42,428 nucleotides of DNA, from contig JAHJSF010000046.1 of the NCBI GenBank assembly GCA_018830405.1, positions 1-42,428 on the forward strand, in the 5' to 3' direction. Shown one piece after another: positions 36,940 to 42,428 of the stretch; position 1 is the first letter of the stretch; every line of letters starts with the position of its first letter. The DNA is from Nitrospinota bacterium (GTDB lineage: Bacteria; Nitrospinota; Nitrospinia; UBA9942; JAHJSF01). The notes under the pieces were generated by a model. The model searched no databases, had not been told where the DNA came from, and saw only the letters and a list, made by a program, of their open reading frames with translations. A program made the translations under genes and the position numbers.

Positions 36940-37852
36940 ATCTCTTCCCCTGATACGACCCCCTCGACTTCAATTCCTTTTTTACCTCATTAATTATCCT
37001 TAATTTATTGCCGCTCCAGTCGGGGGCAACGAGTAGCTCCTTTGGGGCATCACCGGCCACCCTGTGTATAACCGTATCGGGAGGGAGATACTCTATAAAA
37101 TCTACGACCGTCTGAACATATTCTTGTAGGGTTGGGAGGAAAACATTGCCGGACTGATGTGTGTTATATAGTTTTGTCCCCTTTAAGATATGGAGGTGAT
37201 GCAGTTTGACCCCCTCTACCCTCAGTTCGGCTAGGGCTGCGGCGGTCTGCAGGATATCTTTTCTTTTTTCTCCGGGGAGGTAGAGGATTGTATGGGCGCA
37301 GACCTGTATCCCCGCCTCTTGAGCCATAATAACCGCCTCCCTGAACGTCTCAAAGGTATGTCCCCTGTTAATAGCGGTCAGTGTCTTGTTATGCATGCTC
37401 TCAAGGCCCAGCTCGAGCCAGAGGTATTTTTTTTGGGAGATAGTTTTGAGCAGCTCTATCTTTTCTTTATCCAAGCAATCGGGTCTGGTGGCGATTGACA
37501 GCCCGACTATCCGGTCAATGGATAGGGCCTCTTCATATATCTTTTTAAGGTAGTCGGTGTCGGCATAGGTATTGGAATAGGCCTGAAAATAGGCGATAAA
37601 TTTGTTCATCTCCGGTTTGACATTCCTAATATAGTCAATGCCGTTGAGTATCTGTTCCCGCACCGATAGAGCCCTTATCGAGTTTTTCCCGTAGTGGCTC
37701 CCGTTTAGGCAATATATACACCCTTCAGAGGAGATTGTTCCGTCAAGGTTGGGGCAGCTCATCCCACCGTCGACTGATATCTTGGAGACCTTTTCTCCAA
37801 AGTGGGCTCTCAGGGTCTCATTTATAGTTCTGTATCTGCTGCGGGCTGGCAT
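36926..37852 (-). CDS. TIGR01212-family radical SAM protein
   Basis: It has the 'CPNLDGTISSEGCIYC' cluster motif, and its length and order of conserved blocks resemble YhcC/TIGR01212. It overlaps queA by 14 nt. Confidence 0.82.
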   Translation of the reverse strand: MPARSRYRTINETLRAHFGEKVSKISVDGGMSCPNLDGTISSEGCIYCLNGSHYGKNSIRALSVREQILNGIDYIRNVKPEMNKFIAYFQAYSNTYADTDYLKKIYEEALSIDRIVGLSIATRPDCLDKEKIELLKTISQKKYLWLELGLESMHNKTLTAINRGHTFETFREAVIMAQEAGIQVCAHTILYLPGEKRKDILQTAAALAELRVEGVKLHHLHILKGTKLYNTHQSGNVFLPTLQEYVQTVVDFIEYLPPDTVIHRVAGDAPKELLVAPDWSGNKLRIINEVKKELKSRGSYQGKRYGAY

Positions 37853-37864
37853 TGTTTCGGGAGG

Positions 37865-38896
37865 TTAAAATAGTGTCCCCGGCTCCTTATCTATTCGAGG
37901 TATCCCGAAGTGGTCGTAGGCGGTTTGGGTGGCTACCCGGCCGCGGGAGGTGCGGTTAAGGTATCCACGCTGGATAAGAAAAGGTTCGTAGACATCCTCT
38001 ATGGTGTCTTTCATCTCGCTCACCGAGGCGGCCAAGGTGTCGACACCGACAGGCCCGCCATTATATTTTTCGATTATGGTTAGGAGGAGTTTTCGGTCCA
38101 TCTTGTCAAACCCTAACTCATCTACATCGAGGAGGGAGAGGGCCGATTTGGCGACGCCTATGTCTATTGTTCCGTTTCCTTTGACCTGGGCATAATCTCT
38201 GACCCGCCTGAGGAGGCGATTGGCAATCCTTGGAGTTCCACGGGAACGTTTGGAAATCTCTTCCATCCCATCCTTGGTTACCTCTATTTTGAGGAGCTTG
38301 GCCGACCTACCTATGATTGTGGCCAGTTCTCCATCCGTGTAGTAGTCGAGGCGATGGACGATTCCAAAGCGGTCTCTAAGGGGGGATGTCAAAAGTCCGG
38401 CCCGTGTTGTGGCCCCGATGAGCGTGAAGCGTGGCAGGTCTATCTTGACCGACCTGGCGCTGGGCCCGCTCCCTATCATCAGGTCAAGATTATAATCCTC
38501 CATGGCCGGATATAGTATTTCCTCCACCGAAGAATTTAGGCGATGAATCTCGTCTATGAAGAGAACATCCTTTTCTTGGAGGTTGGTCAGGATGGCGGCC
38601 AAGTCCCCTTGTCTCTCTATTATCGGCCCTGAGGTGCTGCGGCAATTAACATTAAGCTCGGTGGCTATTATGTTGGCCAGGGTGGTCTTCCCCAGTCCCG
38701 GTGGGCCGTAGAAGAGGATGTGGTCTATTGCCTCTCCCCTCCTTTTGGCCGCCTCAATAGAGATATGGAGGTTATCCTTGATTCCTTTTTGTCCAACATA
38801 TTCGGAGAGGAGGCTCGGCCTGAGGGAGTTTTCTAACTGAATCTCTTCAGCCCCTTCGGGAGATAATATCCTGTCGTCTTCTAAGTCGTTGTTCAC
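37865..38896 (-). CDS. ruvB: Holliday junction branch-migration ATPase RuvB
   Basis: It has '[11 protein letters not shown]', Walker A 'GPPGLGKTT', 'LFIDEIHRL' and '[15 protein letters not shown]'. Confidence 0.98.
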   Translation of the reverse strand: MNNDLEDDRILSPEGAEEIQLENSLRPSLLSEYVGQKGIKDNLHISIEAAKRRGEAIDHILFYGPPGLGKTTLANIIATELNVNCRSTSGPIIERQGDLAAILTNLQEKDVLFIDEIHRLNSSVEEILYPAMEDYNLDLMIGSGPSARSVKIDLPRFTLIGATTRAGLLTSPLRDRFGIVHRLDYYTDGELATIIGRSAKLLKIEVTKDGMEEISKRSRGTPRIANRLLRRVRDYAQVKGNGTIDIGVAKSALSLLDVDELGFDKMDRKLLLTIIEKYNGGPVGVDTLAASVSEMKDTIEDVYEPFLIQRGYLNRTSRGRVATQTAYDHFGIPRIDKEPGTLF

Positions 38897-39025
38897 TTTC
38901 CTCTGTCGGTAATGTTTGGGCGATATGGCCGGCTAAGGCAATCTTGTTAATATGTTACGACTATAATATCATAATCGCTAAATTGGTTGTATATTGGTTC
39001 TATTCTTGTTCGGAGGGGGGCTTGG

Positions 39026-39217
39026 ATGTCTTTTTGGCTGTCTGTTATAGGTGTGGTTTGTGTCATTGAGGGGGGGATCTATTTTATTTCTCCTCAAGGG
39101 GTCAAGGAACTTTCAAAGAGGATACTCTTTACCCCTGAACCGGTACTACGCCGTATAGGTTTTCTGATGATGGTGGTTGGGTTAATCCTAGCCTACCTGG
39201 GCCGTCGCGGGTTATAG
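39026..39217 (+). CDS. DUF2065-like small membrane protein
   Basis: The ATG at 39026 has GGAGGGGGG upstream. There are two TM helices, with 'IEGGIYFISP' and 'LRRIGFLMMVVGLIL' resembling DUF2065. Confidence 0.55.
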   Translation: MSFWLSVIGVVCVIEGGIYFISPQGVKELSKRILFTPEPVLRRIGFLMMVVGLILAYLGRRGL

Positions 39218-39231
39218 TTTTTTCTTTTGAA

Positions 39232-40530
39232 TCAGACCGGATAGGCCCGAAGGGTGTTGTAATAGCCGCATGACGGGCATTCGCTAACCCACTCAGACTC
39301 TTCATGTCCGCAGTTGGAACACTTATGACGGGTAAGTTCTTTAGCCCCCGCCTTGAAGGCAAGATGACCGGCCTTTTGGCTCTCACCTTCCTTGCCTATC
39401 ATTTTGTAGCCTATGGACATTAGGAGGTGCAGAGACGTATGTGAGGGAAGTTTTTCCCTGGCCTTGGCCAGTTCGGCCAATCCCTCTTCCCCTCTCTCTT
39501 TCCTGATATACAATTCTCCGAGGAGAAGGTGCAGGTGTGGCGAGTCGGGGTTGACCGATATTCCCCAACGGTAGGCATCAAATGTGGCCTCGTCATCCCC
39601 GCTTAGCTGATAGAGGTCTATGAGATGCTTTAGAATGATAAATTCCTTGGTTGTTTTATAACCGGTCTCCCATATCTTTACCGCATCCTTTATCCTCTCT
39701 CCAGCGAGATAGGCATTGCCTATGTCTATGTAGGCAGGGACAAATTTTGGATTATCTTTTAATATCTCCTGCAGGCAGGAGATCACCTTTCTGTCTTCCC
39801 CCTTATCTATAAGATCAAGCCCCCTTTTATATTTCAGGATTAGAAGTTCATTGATCTCCTTTTGGTGGTTTGGGGTCTTCTTTTGCAGGGATATAAGTTG
39901 CCGCTGAACATCAATGGCCTTGTCCCATTCCCTCTTCTTGATATATATCCCCCTCATTTTTTCAAAGGGTTTTGGATTTCGCGGGTTTAGAGAGGTCATT
40001 TTTTTGATTATGCCCAAGGCCTCACCAAGTCTCTCGTCAGCTATAAAGTCTTCAAACAGGTTGTAGAGTATCTCGACGTTGTTTGGGTCTATCCTCATAC
40101 CCTTGGCATGATACTTTATCGCCTCTCCTATCTTTCCCTCTTCTCTTTTTATTTTTCCGAGAAGATTAAGAGTATGTACATGATTGGGGGTCTTTGACAG
40201 CAATTTGGTCAGGATATCAACCGCCTCGTTTCTGTTGCCTGACAAGTAGATTGAGTTTCCTCGGTTATAGAGTTCCTCTGCCCGCTCGTCACTCCTTTTC
40301 TTAAACTCCTTGATAAGGTTCTTGATATAGGCGATAAATCTCCTATAGCCATCGGCAATTAATATAATAATAACCCCCAGAAGTATGGAGGAGAGGATAA
40401 GAATAGCAATAGGGACCTCTATCGAAAGATTGTTAGATAGATGGAGCGTTACTACGGTCCAATTAAAATAGGATATATAAAGGGAGAAGGCTGAAATAGC
40501 CAGCAAGACTAAAAAAGTAAACAGACCCAT
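39232..40530 (-). CDS. LapB/YciM-like TPR protein with a C-terminal rubredoxin-type zinc finger
   Basis: It has an N-terminal TM segment, about 8 TPR repeats, and a C-terminal 'CSNCGHE...CPSCG'. This is the architecture of the LPS-assembly regulator LapB. Confidence 0.72.
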   Translation of the reverse strand: MGLFTFLVLLAISAFSLYISYFNWTVVTLHLSNNLSIEVPIAILILSSILLGVIIILIADGYRRFIAYIKNLIKEFKKRSDERAEELYNRGNSIYLSGNRNEAVDILTKLLSKTPNHVHTLNLLGKIKREEGKIGEAIKYHAKGMRIDPNNVEILYNLFEDFIADERLGEALGIIKKMTSLNPRNPKPFEKMRGIYIKKREWDKAIDVQRQLISLQKKTPNHQKEINELLILKYKRGLDLIDKGEDRKVISCLQEILKDNPKFVPAYIDIGNAYLAGERIKDAVKIWETGYKTTKEFIILKHLIDLYQLSGDDEATFDAYRWGISVNPDSPHLHLLLGELYIRKERGEEGLAELAKAREKLPSHTSLHLLMSIGYKMIGKEGESQKAGHLAFKAGAKELTRHKCSNCGHEESEWVSECPSCGYYNTLRAYPV

Positions 40531-40534
40531 GATT

Positions 40535-40888
40535 TTATCCTTCGTTAACAGTTAACCTCGGGGCATCCCCCCAGAGTCTCTCCAGATCGTAATATTCTCT
40601 AGTTTCCTGATTGAATACATGTACAACCAGATCTCCAAAGTCGAGGAGGATCCAATATTGCCCATTAGCCCCCTCCCGATGATAATTCTTGACCCCTATT
40701 TTTCTTAGGCGGTCTTCTATTTCATCTGCAATGGCGCTGATTTGTGTAGTTGATGATCCACTGCAGATCATAAAGTAATCAGCTATACTCGATATCTTGC
40801 TTATATCGAGACAGATGATGTCAATTGCCTTTTTATCGGCGGCTGCCGCAACGGCAATCTTTGTTTTTTCTATTGTGTCTATTTTAAT
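40535..40888 (-). CDS. rsfS: Ribosome silencing factor RsfS (start upstream of the tracked ATG, probably non-canonical)
   Basis: The tracked 78-aa ORF lacks the conserved N-terminus. The same frame stays open upstream and encodes 'IKIDTIEKTKIAVAAAADKKAIDIICLDISKISSIADYF'. That matches the RsfS consensus (...dkKa.di.vlDv......aDyfvi.sg.s). The extension contains no ATG, GTG or TTG. Confidence 0.78.
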   Translation of the reverse strand: MKIDTIEKTKIAVAAAADKKAIDIICLDISKISSIADYFMICSGSSTTQISAIADEIEDRLRKIGVKNYHREGANGQYWILLDFGDLVVHVFNQETREYYDLERLWGDAPRLTVNEG

Positions 40889-40920
40889 TCCCCATCCTCG
40901 TAATGATAGCGTTTATCTGT

Positions 40921-41553
40921 TTACCTATTATAGCCGTAGAGACTATTTTTGGCGATATAATCTTCTACTTTTTGCGGAAGTAAGTAGTTTGTAACCAGTC
41001 CTCCACCAATCTTTTTCCTTATCTTGGTTGAGGAGATGTCAAGCAGTGTCGTTTTAATTATATATACCTTAAACGGTGACCCGCCCATTGTTATGGTACT
41101 ATCTATACTCTTTGTCTTAAGGTATCCTTCAATATCGGACACAGAGTCTTCTCCTCTAAGGTCGACAACGAAATTACATTCTTTAAACAATTGTTCCGTA
41201 TCCTTCCAGGTCCAAATATCGGCCAAGGCATCGGAACCAATTATAAAGAATATCTCGCAATCTTCTCCTCTTAGGCCCTTAAATTCTCTGATGGTATCTA
41301 TGGTGTATGATATGCCTCCCCGAACAATCTCCATATCGGAGACACTAAATAGGGGGTTATCTTCGGTGGCCAAGCGGCACATGGTTAACCTGTCGGCCGA
41401 TGAAACAAGCTCTCCTCTCTTGTGAGGAGGGGAGGAGGAGGGGATTATAACCACCTCCTCCAGGGCATATTCCTCGGCTATCTCTTGGGCGGCATTCAGG
41501 TGTCCCAAGTGTATCGGGTCAAATGTCCCCCCTATGATGCCGACTTTCATCAA
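40921..41553 (-). CDS. nadD: Nicotinate-nucleotide adenylyltransferase
   Basis: It has 'GIIGGTFDPIHLGHL' (the HxGH motif) and a C-terminal 'ISST.IR' motif. It sits in the conserved proA-nadD-rsfS order. Confidence 0.93.
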   Translation of the reverse strand: MMKVGIIGGTFDPIHLGHLNAAQEIAEEYALEEVVIIPSSSPPHKRGELVSSADRLTMCRLATEDNPLFSVSDMEIVRGGISYTIDTIREFKGLRGEDCEIFFIIGSDALADIWTWKDTEQLFKECNFVVDLRGEDSVSDIEGYLKTKSIDSTITMGGSPFKVYIIKTTLLDISSTKIRKKIGGGLVTNYLLPQKVEDYIAKNSLYGYNR

Positions 41554-42428
41554 CTACTCCCTTACCTGGCCGTTGCCGAATATTATATATTTGGTCGAGG
41601 TTAGCTCTTCCAAACCCATCGGGCCGCGGCAGTGGAGTTTCTGGGTGCTTATCCCCATTTCTGCCCCCAGACCAAACTCCCCCCCATCGGTAAAACGGGT
41701 TGAGGCGTTTACATATACGGCCGCCGCATCCACCTCTCTTAAAAAACGCCAAGAGGTGCTGTAATCTTCAGTGACAATCGCCTCCGAATGCATTGAACCA
41801 TGTTCCGCTATATGGTCAACCGCCTCATCGAAACTATCCACAACCTTTATCGACAGAATTAGATCGAGATATTCGGTATCCCAATCCTCATCATTGGCCG
41901 CAATAATGTCGGAAACTATCTCCCTTGTCTTGGGGCAGCCTCGCACCTCAACCCCCTTTTCCTTCAGGAGCTTGATAGTCTCGGGGAGGAATTCCTCGGC
42001 TATATCCCTGTGGACAAGGAGGGTCTCCATGGCGTTACATACCCCCGGTCTCTGAACCTTGGCATTTATGGCAATAGCTCTCCCCTCCTCAAGGTTGGCC
42101 TCCTTATCGATGTAGACATGACACAACCCCTTGTCATGTTTGACTACCGGTATGGTGGAGTTCTCTGTAACCATCCTGATTAGGGAGTGACCGCCGCGGG
42201 GGATAATCATATCTATATACTTATCCTGTTTAAGCATTATCTTAACCGCCTCACGGTCGGTTGTCCCGATAAGCTGTATAACATTGTCGGGGAGACCTGC
42301 CTCTGCGGCCGCCTTCGATATAATTTCGGCAATGGCTATATTGGAGTGTATCGCCTCGGAACCACCTCTAAGAATTATGGCGTTTCCCGATTTAAGACAT
42401 AGGGCTGCGGCATCGGCCGTTACATTTG
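41554..42428 (-). CDS. proA: Gamma-glutamyl phosphate reductase (5' end outside the window)
   Basis: The frame stays open to the window edge: 'NVTADAAALCLKSGNAIILRGGSEA...IDMIIPRGG...NASTRFTDG'. The tracked 227-aa ORF is only the part after an internal Met. Confidence 0.93.
   Translation of the reverse strand, partial: NVTADAAALCLKSGNAIILRGGSEAIHSNIAIAEIISKAAAEAGLPDNVIQLIGTTDREAVKIMLKQDKYIDMIIPRGGHSLIRMVTENSTIPVVKHDKGLCHVYIDKEANLEEGRAIAINAKVQRPGVCNAMETLLVHRDIAEEFLPETIKLLKEKGVEVRGCPKTREIVSDIIAANDEDWDTEYLDLILSIKVVDSFDEAVDHIAEHGSMHSEAIVTEDYSTSWRFLREVDAAAVYVNASTRFTDGGEFGLGAEMGISTQKLHCRGPMGLEELTSTKYIIFGNGQVRE

Noticed and set aside
39129-39568. Two minus-strand ORFs of 85 aa and 61 aa (39129-39386 and 39383-39568)
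   Set aside because: Both are alternative frames of the LapB-like gene's 3' region; the 85-aa one also runs into the DUF2065 gene. They are Arg/Gly/Pro-rich translations typical of off-frame reading.
41519-41764. Small ORFs at the nadD/proA junction (41519-41752 on the minus strand, 41534-41764 on the plus strand)
   Set aside because: They overlap the well-supported proA 3' end in other frames and have no independent signals.

Overview
This 42.4-kb bacterial chromosomal window is densely coding. I call 44 CDSs, most on the minus strand and most of them housekeeping. They include pilD-recX-recA, an orphan cheR coupled to ribD, prfB with its programmed +1 frameshift, lnt, hemE-hemH-hemY, thrC and a phosphomannomutase. 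Also present are split class-I fumarase, accB/accC, pepP, galU, hsp20-lon, an M23 peptidase, queA, a TIGR01212 radical-SAM gene, ruvB, a LapB-like gene, rsfS, nadD and a 5'-truncated proA. Lnt and the LapB-like protein suggest a diderm host; the lineage cannot be named from sequence alone. I found no rRNA, tRNA, CRISPR array, transposase or integrase. Two patches look accessory. The first is an AT-rich, repeat-bounded island (about 12.0-17.56 kb) between hemY and thrC. It carries a stand-alone 465-aa protein with an N-terminal HEPN-like R-N-x3-H module, which is my best candidate for an undescribed defence or abortive-infection effector. It also holds two small orphan ORFs, a YkgJ-type Cys-cluster protein next to a Zn-dependent HDAC-family deacetylase, and a translationally coupled small-protein/DUF2335 membrane-protein pair. 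The second is a four-gene envelope cluster of unknown function at 28.56-31.72 kb. Nearly every longer intergenic spacer holds members of a few short structured repeat families. One roughly 120-bp family occurs twice and shows a compensatory stem change. All functional calls rest on motifs read by eye; no database search was possible.
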